From Cyanobacteria bacterium P01_F01_bin.150 (GTDB lineage Bacteria > Cyanobacteriota > Cyanobacteriia > CAKZMO01), in contig JBCCYL010000012.1 of NCBI GenBank assembly GCA_039189765.1, positions 32,001 through 96,000 on the forward strand: a DNA stretch of 64,000 bases, in the 5' to 3' direction. The stretch's first letter is position 1. Each line of letters opens with the position of its first letter. Below, in pieces: positions 56,740 through 64,000 of the stretch. The position numbers and the translations under genes were made by a program. The notes beneath the pieces were generated by a model, which saw nothing but the letters and a program-made list of their open reading frames with translations, had not been told where the DNA came from and searched no databases.

Positions 56740-57001
56740 TACGAGCGATCCTTAAATCAATAGTGTCTTCTGGGTCGGAAAAAGTGGTGGGTAGTGCTAG
56801 CTGGCGAATAAGTGCCGGAATCATCACATCGACCTTGAATCCGTTGCCATCGCTAACGGTGATAACGGGCTTGAACATGCCTGCTCTCATGAATATGCAC
56901 CCTGAGTACACCATTCTTGCCAGCTCCGAAACTTCGACATCGACAAGAATGATGGACTCAATCGGATCAGCTAACTTATCAAAACGCTTTCGGGCATACA
57001 T
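56693..57001 (-). CDS. Hypothetical tail-operon protein
   Basis: TAATG coupling. Confidence 0.55.
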   Translation of the reverse strand: MYARKRFDKLADPIESIILVDVEVSELARMVYSGCIFMRAGMFKPVITVSDGNGFKVDVMIPALIRQLALPTTFSDPEDTIDLRIARNAKTPVCNTSTTSDR

Positions 57002-57726
57002 TATGCAAATGCAGCAGTGTAGCCGGAAGTGAATGAATAAAGCTCATTGCCCTGAATAGGAAAGCTGAAATCATAAGTGGCGGCCTCTCGATTATTGTTC
57101 GATCCACCATTGTCTACAAACAGCGCTGGGCCTTGATGAATATGGCCATTAGATAAAGTCGCCCTCACCCATAGCTGACGTTGAAGCAACGTTCCAGCCA
57201 AATCATTAGAGCGCGGGTCTAGCAGCTCAAACATTGAGCGATCGTTGATAACTGGATTACCCTGAACCTGGACGGTGATGTCGTTTCCTACGTTTACGGT
57301 TGTCCGCCCAAAGCCAGAGTCCATATCTGGCAATTCAACCGACTGTACTGCTTTAGGAACTGATATAGATGTTGCGCCCAAGATCTTACGGTAGGCGAAT
57401 GTCGTTGCTGTTTCTGCTGCTGGGATGGTTGCTGCTAGCGCCAAGACAGGCACACTTACGGCTGTGGTTGTAATAGTGAAAACGTCAGTCAGGGTAGTGC
57501 TGGCAGGCACGTTTACGGTAGCTGTGCCACCGCCAGTAAATGTCAAAGTTTGCCCATGACGAATTTCAAACTCAACATCAGAGCTAAGGGAAATAGTTTC
57601 AGCCCCTGCTGTACCCTCTGCCTCAACAGTAATGGTGTACAAGACTGGCTGACTGGCATTTTCTGGAATCTCGGCCACCTCAACTTGGGAGCCTGTTCCA
57701 ATTTGTTTACCTGTAGGAAAAACCAT
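57001..57726 (-). CDS. Major tail tube protein
   Basis: Synteny; T/G-rich; ATYDFSFPIQG C-terminal pattern. Confidence 0.75.
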   Translation of the reverse strand: MVFPTGKQIGTGSQVEVAEIPENASQPVLYTITVEAEGTAGAETISLSSDVEFEIRHGQTLTFTGGGTATVNVPASTTLTDVFTITTTAVSVPVLALAATIPAAETATTFAYRKILGATSISVPKAVQSVELPDMDSGFGRTTVNVGNDITVQVQGNPVINDRSMFELLDPRSNDLAGTLLQRQLWVRATLSNGHIHQGPALFVDNGGSNNNREAATYDFSFPIQGNELYSFTSGYTAAFA

Positions 57727-57759
57727 GGTTTCACAATTTGATTAAACGTTTGTGAAACT

Positions 57760-57765
57760 GTTCCC
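57760..57765 (-). promoter_or_regulatory. Putative late promoter core
   Basis: GGGAACAGT 33 nt upstream of ATG. Confidence 0.55.
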
Positions 57766-57770
57766 TGTAG

Positions 57771-58139
57771 CTATATTTGCTTTGTTGCCTTTGTAGCGTG
57801 CATATTAAGCTTAACCCATTGAAACCCTTTGCGAGATAGAGGCATGGGCTGCACCCCACGACGGTCCACGTTAATTTCCTCGTCTGTTGAGTTGATCAAC
57901 AGCTCGCCTATCTCATCCAAGTACATCTCTGGTTCATGGCTGATTAACGAAACCTCGAAGTACCGTACTCGATCAGGATTACCACGCAAGTAAGGCGAAA
58001 TAACAACTTCAATGCCCCCAGTAACTGAATTCTCAGAGATGCGATCGCCATTCTGGATAGCCACATCCCCATTACTGTAAGTGCCGATGTGGTCACCGAT
58101 TACCCGTTGTATGGCATGTCTTAGTTTTAGTGGGGTCAT
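57771..58139 (-). CDS. Putative tail terminator
   Basis: Size and synteny. Confidence 0.5.
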   Translation of the reverse strand: MTPLKLRHAIQRVIGDHIGTYSNGDVAIQNGDRISENSVTGGIEVVISPYLRGNPDRVRYFEVSLISHEPEMYLDEIGELLINSTDEEINVDRRGVQPMPLSRKGFQWVKLNMHATKATKQI

Positions 58140-58141
58140 CG

Positions 58142-58450
58142 TTACACCTGAATAATAGCTTCCATATAATTCACTACTTCACGCATCCGCTCATCCCACT
58201 GCAACCGCTCTTTAACGATCTGGCTCAGGTACCCACCCTGTTCATGTATCCGCTCCAGTTCATCAGGATGCGTTAGACACTCCAGCACTCGAACATGCCC
58301 TTGAATCAAACCCCACCGATATGCTGACCAGTTCTCTTTTACGTGCTGCTGTGCGATGGTAAGTCGTAGTGCGGTATCTTCGTATGCCGCTTCTAGTATC
58401 TCCACTATTTCAGTGATGCAGTGTTCTTTGATGTCGGCGATCGCATTCAT
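58142..58450 (-). CDS. Hypothetical protein
   Basis: Operon position. Confidence 0.5.
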   Translation of the reverse strand: MNAIADIKEHCITEIVEILEAAYEDTALRLTIAQQHVKENWSAYRWGLIQGHVRVLECLTHPDELERIHEQGGYLSQIVKERLQWDERMREVVNYMEAIIQV

Positions 58451-58453
58451 ATA

Positions 58454-58867
58454 CTAGACCCCCGTAATATCAATAGTCTGGCTATCCCTAAGTGTCCCCT
58501 TATCCACAATATCCCGTGGGCTGCTCACTACTGAGCCGTCTGACCTCACCGTACGCCCTGGCCAATCCCAAATGGGCGCTTCTATGGCTTCCTGGAATGC
58601 AAAGCCAAGGCTGAATGCGAAGTTGATGAACGTTTGCCTAATGTCACCGTATACCAAGGAGTCTAACAGAAGATCATCAAGGATGCCGTCTTCATATTCG
58701 ACCACGTAATCTACCCATGGACGCCCAGGTGAGTAGCCATCACCGAAATACACGTCAGCCGCATAAGGAGCAGACTCGCCACCCCAGGTGTAGGTTGCTG
58801 TTGCATCGTCGGGGATATCGAAGGGCAGGTTGCCCCAGGTTAGTGTTGATTTAGCTGATAGTTTCAT
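58454..58867 (-). CDS. Putative tail completion/neck protein
   Basis: APYAADV...PGRPW and PRDIVDKGTLRDSQ motifs. Confidence 0.6.
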   Translation of the reverse strand: MKLSAKSTLTWGNLPFDIPDDATATYTWGGESAPYAADVYFGDGYSPGRPWVDYVVEYEDGILDDLLLDSLVYGDIRQTFINFAFSLGFAFQEAIEAPIWDWPGRTVRSDGSVVSSPRDIVDKGTLRDSQTIDITGV

Positions 58868-59070
58868 TAGCTTGATTCGTAACGTACTTTGGGGATGTGG
58901 AGGTCTGGAACTTCATAGATAATATCGTTGATGATTAACTCAGTCGCTTGCACAACTACACGGCTGTAGCTCTTTCCATCAATAGTATGGTCATCATTAT
59001 TGAATGCTCCTGAACGTATTATCTCAAGCGCGATCGCCATTTTTTGCTCATTAACTCGTCCCATCACCAC
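58867..59070 (-). CDS. Small hypothetical protein
   Basis: Operon position. Confidence 0.45.
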   Translation of the reverse strand: MVMGRVNEQKMAIALEIIRSGAFNNDDHTIDGKSYSRVVVQATELIINDIIYEVPDLHIPKVRYESS

Positions 59071-59515
59071 TTACCTCTAACATCCCATAAATTATATCGC
59101 CCACCTTTGCGTGAATTTCGTTGACCGACTTACTAAGCGACGGCTGCACCTGAAACTGCCCCACCATGTCGCGTCCATTACTTTGCCGATAAGTCGCTGT
59201 CACCGCCATCTTGGGTGCGATCGTTACGGGCAATGCTGTGGTAGCAGAGCCGTTCACTGTGGTGACGTTGACCTTGAGTGGCAGATATCTGTTGCCAGTC
59301 CCTGGCAACTCCTGATTCTGACGGGTCACGCTGGCGATCGTTGCCTTGCCCTTTATTGTCACTACCGTTTCTTCTCTCTCATTGTTGCCTAATCTATCCG
59401 TGCCCGTTACTGCGCCCTCCACTTTGAATACAATAGTTATGTTCTCCTGCCCCAAATGCATGTTATTGGGGAATACGGAGAGTCCTTGTTTTACTGTGCT
59501 GTAGGGATTGATCAT
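59051..59515 (-). CDS. Putative head closure/head-tail adaptor
   Basis: TDRLGN motif; synteny. Confidence 0.55.
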   Translation of the reverse strand: MINPYSTVKQGLSVFPNNMHLGQENITIVFKVEGAVTGTDRLGNNEREETVVTIKGKATIASVTRQNQELPGTGNRYLPLKVNVTTVNGSATTALPVTIAPKMAVTATYRQSNGRDMVGQFQVQPSLSKSVNEIHAKVGDIIYGMLEVSGDGTS

Positions 59516-60177
59516 ACCGCAACCTCCACTATCTCAATACGACACTGACACCGCGTAAAGCACTGTGGGCAACACCCCAGCGCTGGCACCTCATCAATAG
59601 GTCTTACATCTTTAGCGGCCTCCGCCACACAAAACTTGCAATGGTTGTCTGTAGCGCCTAACACTCGGATAGCGAAGGCTCCCACGTTGAACGCCTTAAA
59701 GCCCTGAGATTCAGAAACTTTGCCCGACAAGGCATACATATCCAGCCTATTGAGTAGTTGTGCCGCTGATACTTCGCCACTGGCCACTTCCTCTGCCAAG
59801 TGCTTTATCCCGAATCGGCGATCGCCATCACGGCCTTGATAGTATTGTCGCTTCAACTCAGCCCCAACACGCCCCCAATCAGCGCTGCCCATATTCTCCA
59901 TGCCATCGTGGCCAATGATCGCAGATGACACATGGATGTTGCGGAGACGTTCGCCTATCTGTTGTTGAAATTCCTGAAGGGTGATGTTGCCATCGATTAG
60001 GTTTTGACCAGTGGATTGAACGCCAGTGCGTTGCTCACCAATGTATGTCCGCAGCCGAGCCATTACCGCAGACTTAGACGCGAATTGTCCGCCCCCAGTG
60101 CCACGCCATCGGTAACGACGGGTCCGAGGGTCGTAGGTAAATTCCTGAATGCGATCGCGACGGGCAATGAGGGTCAT
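59512..60177 (-). CDS. Minor head (MuF-like) protein
   Basis: C-terminal HCKFC...CFTRCQC; follows portal. Confidence 0.65.
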   Translation of the reverse strand: MTLIARRDRIQEFTYDPRTRRYRWRGTGGGQFASKSAVMARLRTYIGEQRTGVQSTGQNLIDGNITLQEFQQQIGERLRNIHVSSAIIGHDGMENMGSADWGRVGAELKRQYYQGRDGDRRFGIKHLAEEVASGEVSAAQLLNRLDMYALSGKVSESQGFKAFNVGAFAIRVLGATDNHCKFCVAEAAKDVRPIDEVPALGCCPQCFTRCQCRIEIVEVAV

Positions 60178-60416
60178 TCAGTTTCCTTGACTATAGTTAT
60201 AGCCCCATTATCTGCCTCTATTATTTGTTGCTTGAATAACCTCACAAAGTCATCAAATTCATTTGTGGGCAGGTTATTCGGAGCCGATGAGACGAAATGC
60301 TTTTCAGGATGAGATTCCATCATGACCTTGAGGGATGTTTTCTCCTCATCAGATAGATAGACGCTAATAGCCTGATCAGACGATGAAAATATTTGATTGC
60401 CTATTTTGACTATCAT
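60174..60416 (-). CDS. Small hypothetical protein
   Basis: ATGA coupling on both sides. Confidence 0.55.
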   Translation of the reverse strand: MIVKIGNQIFSSSDQAISVYLSDEEKTSLKVMMESHPEKHFVSSAPNNLPTNEFDDFVRLFKQQIIEADNGAITIVKETE

Positions 60417-62899
60417 TTTTCTAAAGCCTCACTCAATACAGCTAATACATTCTGTTCCCCTATGTTAGCCATCGCTTCCCATTCATCATCGGACAAGCCA
60501 CCCCCATCAATCTCTAACGGCTCAGCATCTTTGCGGGTGGAACGTTTATGACTTTTGGGCAGAAGATCATTATCCTGGATATATTTCTTGTTCTTGGGCT
60601 TGCCAGTGGCTAACAGCCGGAGAAATGCTTTTACTCTGCCAATCGCCCATGAGTGCTTAGTAAAATCACCGCCCCTATAAGCATCTTCGCCACGCCCGTA
60701 CACTTGACGTAATACTGTGACTGACGCCCGTTGCCCTGGCTTGGGGTTTTCCTCATTGTGCTTGGTGGCCATATTCTGCAATTGATCGCCCAAAGCATCA
60801 TCACACCTGCACTCCGCAATATCAGCCATAGCCACTATCTCAACACGTCCGAACGCCCATTGAGGCATGTGGTGTAAATAGAGGTTCTTGGCTTCTATTG
60901 ACGAGCTAACGCCAAAAATATATTTGTACTCATCAAAGTCACCGTCATCCCGTGATAACTGGGCAATGCGATAGATCGGATAATTGGGAGATTCACCACC
61001 TTGGATGTCTTGCAGAAAATCAGCAGACACATAACAGTCAAGTGCTTCACCGTCTGCACCAATGTGCTTTCTGATGTGGCCATATGCTGCTTTCATCTTG
61101 CGGTTAAAGCGCTTGTCACCTGGCAGGTATTCAAGCCCTAACTCTAGTCCGCGCCATTTAATAATCCTGCGCACATAAGAGTAGTCTTCGCGCTTGTGCG
61201 CCTTCCAAATACGATTGACCCACGCTTTGCCAGGGTCGCCTCCCCATAGCAGCCAGGCTATCTTGCCGTTAGATGGCTTATTCCAATCCTTTCCCTTTTT
61301 GTTGCCTTCATGCCGTGCAAAGAACGACACCATCCGAGCAATAGTTTGGATGGGGATAGATTTACCATTGGAGAGATCACGCGCCCGAGCAATTCCCACC
61401 TCTGTCCCGCCCCTGCCATGCTCGGACCGTAGATCTAAGCCCCGTTGCGCTGCCCGTTGTACTGCCTGAGGTGGAGTGAACCCATCAGTATCTGATCGTT
61501 CATCATCTTCGATGTCTTCGGGTGAGTCATTCTCATCTAAGTCTATGACTGCTTCCAGTGGCTGCTCAGTGGCGATCGCTCTGCGAAACTCTTCAGCAGT
61601 TATCACCCCTGGGATAGTGGAATAAATTTGATAAGTCTCTGCTGTCGTTTTCTTTCCTTCTCTGCGCTCCTGCTCAGTCTCCTCATATATCGATGGATAG
61701 CGAACCTCAAACGACACTGGGATGCGCCCCAATTCGAGGGAAGAGAGGATTTTGATTATCCGTTCATCATTGGATAAATGCTTCGTCTTCTGTGCGGTGG
61801 TGTTCATCTCCGCATAGGCTCGGGCTTCCGGTGCGCCACTATCAGCCAGCCCAGCCTTGCCGATAGTGCCCCATAATTTGTAGTAGGGCAGACTAGAAGC
61901 GGCAGTAAGCTCTTCCCTAAATATCTCAAAATTCTCACGCACCCCTGAAAGGTTGCGCCCTTCAAATCCCGTGCCAGACGCCTCTGGATCAGTAATGAGA
62001 ATGTTGAAAAGAGATTTTTGCAAGCCAATCTCTTTAACAAGTGCTTTAACCTCAGGTAGCTTCCCCGCTGATATTAATTGAGCCAGATTGTTGATCGATA
62101 CCGTAAGCAATGAGAAGGACTTAAGCGCCTCTTGCACAGACCCTTTAACTTCACCATGAGAAGCAAATACAGTCCACATCGATTGAATGATAGAGTCTGC
62201 TAAAGCGTCACCCACCTGCTGATCATAAGGGTGAATCTTATTGCCAAAGTATGGCAGGACTCGGGATTCATGAATAAGTTGCCCTGAGTTGGCCTCTAGT
62301 TGATTCTGACGATCATAGATTAACTGATAAAATTCAGGGTCAGAGCGGTTAAAATCTTGGTGGGATGGCCTGATAGAGTAGCAATCCAACACTGCTATCC
62401 CGTCCAAAGAATTAATTTCAGTCAACGGCTCTTGTGGATCTTCATCTCCATTAACCCGCAACACAATATAAGCTGCACCAAATTGGCGCGCCCATCGCTC
62501 TGCATCCTCTTTGGCCTGGTCAAAGCCATATGACGATTTACGACTGAATGGCGACACATCCTGCAAAGGCGATCGCCACCGAGCCATCACTTTGTCAGCG
62601 TCATCCTCGTCGCCATCCTTAATTACCAGCTCAATCGACTTCTTTGTCATATCGAGTGCTGGGAGGTCACATACCCTGCGCAACAACCAGCTAGAGCGAT
62701 ACAACCATCTTAATTCTTGCTCATGCAAAAGAAACGGAGCACCAGCACGAACATTTGTAGAGCTATCCCTGGATGTGCCAAAACCTGTATGGGAGTTATA
62801 CAAAAGGCTTGTCTCTATTGTGTTGGAAAGGAATCCGTCATTCCGCACAACCAACAATCCACTATCTAGAGTCTCTATGCGCTGATTATTGCTGGTCAT
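60413..62899 (-). CDS. DUF1073-type portal protein with fused C-terminal accessory domains
   Basis: LYRSSWLLRRVCDLPALDMTK, IHESRV, LPYYKLWG; directly after terL. Confidence 0.85.
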   Translation of the reverse strand: MTSNNQRIETLDSGLLVVRNDGFLSNTIETSLLYNSHTGFGTSRDSSTNVRAGAPFLLHEQELRWLYRSSWLLRRVCDLPALDMTKKSIELVIKDGDEDDADKVMARWRSPLQDVSPFSRKSSYGFDQAKEDAERWARQFGAAYIVLRVNGDEDPQEPLTEINSLDGIAVLDCYSIRPSHQDFNRSDPEFYQLIYDRQNQLEANSGQLIHESRVLPYFGNKIHPYDQQVGDALADSIIQSMWTVFASHGEVKGSVQEALKSFSLLTVSINNLAQLISAGKLPEVKALVKEIGLQKSLFNILITDPEASGTGFEGRNLSGVRENFEIFREELTAASSLPYYKLWGTIGKAGLADSGAPEARAYAEMNTTAQKTKHLSNDERIIKILSSLELGRIPVSFEVRYPSIYEETEQERREGKKTTAETYQIYSTIPGVITAEEFRRAIATEQPLEAVIDLDENDSPEDIEDDERSDTDGFTPPQAVQRAAQRGLDLRSEHGRGGTEVGIARARDLSNGKSIPIQTIARMVSFFARHEGNKKGKDWNKPSNGKIAWLLWGGDPGKAWVNRIWKAHKREDYSYVRRIIKWRGLELGLEYLPGDKRFNRKMKAAYGHIRKHIGADGEALDCYVSADFLQDIQGGESPNYPIYRIAQLSRDDGDFDEYKYIFGVSSSIEAKNLYLHHMPQWAFGRVEIVAMADIAECRCDDALGDQLQNMATKHNEENPKPGQRASVTVLRQVYGRGEDAYRGGDFTKHSWAIGRVKAFLRLLATGKPKNKKYIQDNDLLPKSHKRSTRKDAEPLEIDGGGLSDDEWEAMANIGEQNVLAVLSEALEK

Positions 62900-62924
62900 G
62901 GCAATTCCGTGAGCTTGTTAAAAT

Positions 62925-62930
62925 ATTCCC
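62925..62930 (-). promoter_or_regulatory. Putative late promoter core
   Basis: GGGAATATT 25 nt upstream of ATG. Confidence 0.55.
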
Positions 62931-62941
62931 TTGAAGATGGA

Positions 62942-64000
62942 TTAGCCAGTAAGAGCCAATATGCGATCAACTGCACCGCTAAGCTCATCATCCTTAGAGC
63001 GAAACCATCGCAAAAACTGCGATGTTGAGTCAATGGGGTCCATAATAGCGACCGCTGGAAAGTCGAATAGCAACTTTTCATAATCTGCCAACCAATCAGC
63101 CTTCTCTGGCAACATAGCTCGTCCACCCTCAAAAGCAGCAGATTCCACCACCATTCGCGTGATCTTGTCACCCTCAGGCTGTATCTCTACATCGTTGTAT
63201 CGATAGTCATAGTCTCTACGATGCTCTTGCAATAAAGATTGCCCAGTACTTTTATCCTCAATCAGCACATACAACGGTTGCCATTTATCCGCTAATGCTT
63301 GTACCTGATGTTTCCCGTCTGGGTATTCGTATCGGTGAGTATGAACATCCAGTAGGTAAGCGATCGCACCCTTAACCCCCCAAGTAGTGCAACACCATGG
63401 GCAGTTCAAGTCCTTGGCCTTTGATGCTGTATCCCACGATTGGACAAGATAATCAAATAATGGCGGCTCAGAATATCGCTGTATCCACTTTCGCTTGATT
63501 TTACCGCCCTCTAGTGGTGAAGGTCTTTGCTGGTAAAGTGCTTCCCAAAAATAGGAGCCGATTTTTCCGCATATCTTTTTAAGCCTAGACAATGACAACC
63601 TGACTGGGTTAAGCGGCTCACCTACTTTTCTCCAGTCCGGTTCTAGCGTGCATGTATCAGGGATAACAGGTTCAGACTCGGTTTTAATAGCCTCCAATGA
63701 GACAATATGCCAGTTCTCCGGCTCCTCTTTTTCATTCTCCAGTAGCCAGCCTGACAAATCATCTTGATGCCATCGCGTCTGTACAATAACGATAGCTGCA
63801 TCTTCTTCTGCCCGAGTGTAGAACGTTGAGAGATACCAGTCCTTTTGCTTATCTCGAATCGTTGAACTATTAGCTTCTTCAGCATTTTTTAGGGGGTCAT
63901 CAATGATACCCAACGAGAACCCTTTGCCAGTGATCGGCCCTCCTACTCCTGCTGCCCAGTAACCACCTTTCTTAGTAGTTTCCCAATTGTCTACAGCCCT
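62942..64000 (-). CDS. terL: Terminase large subunit (5' end outside window)
   Basis: AAGVGGPITGKG..LGIIDDP, VQTRWH, ALYQQRP, QSWDTA, LIEDK, DPIDSTSQ. Confidence 0.95.
   Translation of the reverse strand, partial: RAVDNWETTKKGGYWAAGVGGPITGKGFSLGIIDDPLKNAEEANSSTIRDKQKDWYLSTFYTRAEEDAAIVIVQTRWHQDDLSGWLLENEKEEPENWHIVSLEAIKTESEPVIPDTCTLEPDWRKVGEPLNPVRLSLSRLKKICGKIGSYFWEALYQQRPSPLEGGKIKRKWIQRYSEPPLFDYLVQSWDTASKAKDLNCPWCCTTWGVKGAIAYLLDVHTHRYEYPDGKHQVQALADKWQPLYVLIEDKSTGQSLLQEHRRDYDYRYNDVEIQPEGDKITRMVVESAAFEGGRAMLPEKADWLADYEKLLFDFPAVAIMDPIDSTSQFLRWFRSKDDELSGAVDRILALTG

Larger units (their letters stand above)
1..64000. mobile_element. Cyanobacterial temperate siphovirus/prophage segment (extends beyond window)
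   Basis: TerL, portal, tail tube, tape measure, endolysins and a sigma factor; many small phage-like ORFs; frequent HIP1 GCGATCGC; no host housekeeping genes. Confidence 0.93.

Overview
The whole window is a segment of a temperate, long-tailed (siphovirus-type) phage or prophage of a cyanobacterium. Host assignment rests on the HIP1 octamer GCGATCGC recurring throughout and on cyanobacterial-type protein families. The right part is a minus-strand morphogenesis module: partial TerL, a multi-domain portal, a MuF-like protein, head-tail proteins, tail tube, tail chaperone with a GGGAAAG frameshift, and a 2527-aa tape measure. Further tail genes are scattered between 25.8 and 47.8 kb among accessory blocks, and no major capsid or protease gene is recognisable here. 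The left half holds a TnpB with a divergent RHH gene, a macrodomain/nuclease cluster, a Rep-like/CopG pair, an FtsK-ATPase + membrane protein + M23/muramidase operon, lysis genes and a GGDEF-EAL gene. Several features lie outside the ORF track: (1) a 39-aa signal-peptide ORF carrying the HetR-inhibitory RGTGR motif (PatX-like); (2) a type II hammerhead ribozyme; (3) an SD-stimulated A_AAA_AAG -1 frameshift that appends a zinc finger; (4) a GGGAAY motif upstream of eight genes, seven of them structural or lysis genes, plausibly read by the phage SigF-like sigma factor; (5) a tRNA-like RNA; (6) palindromic-promoter cassettes; (7) several broken genes. All family calls come from motif recognition by eye, not database searches.
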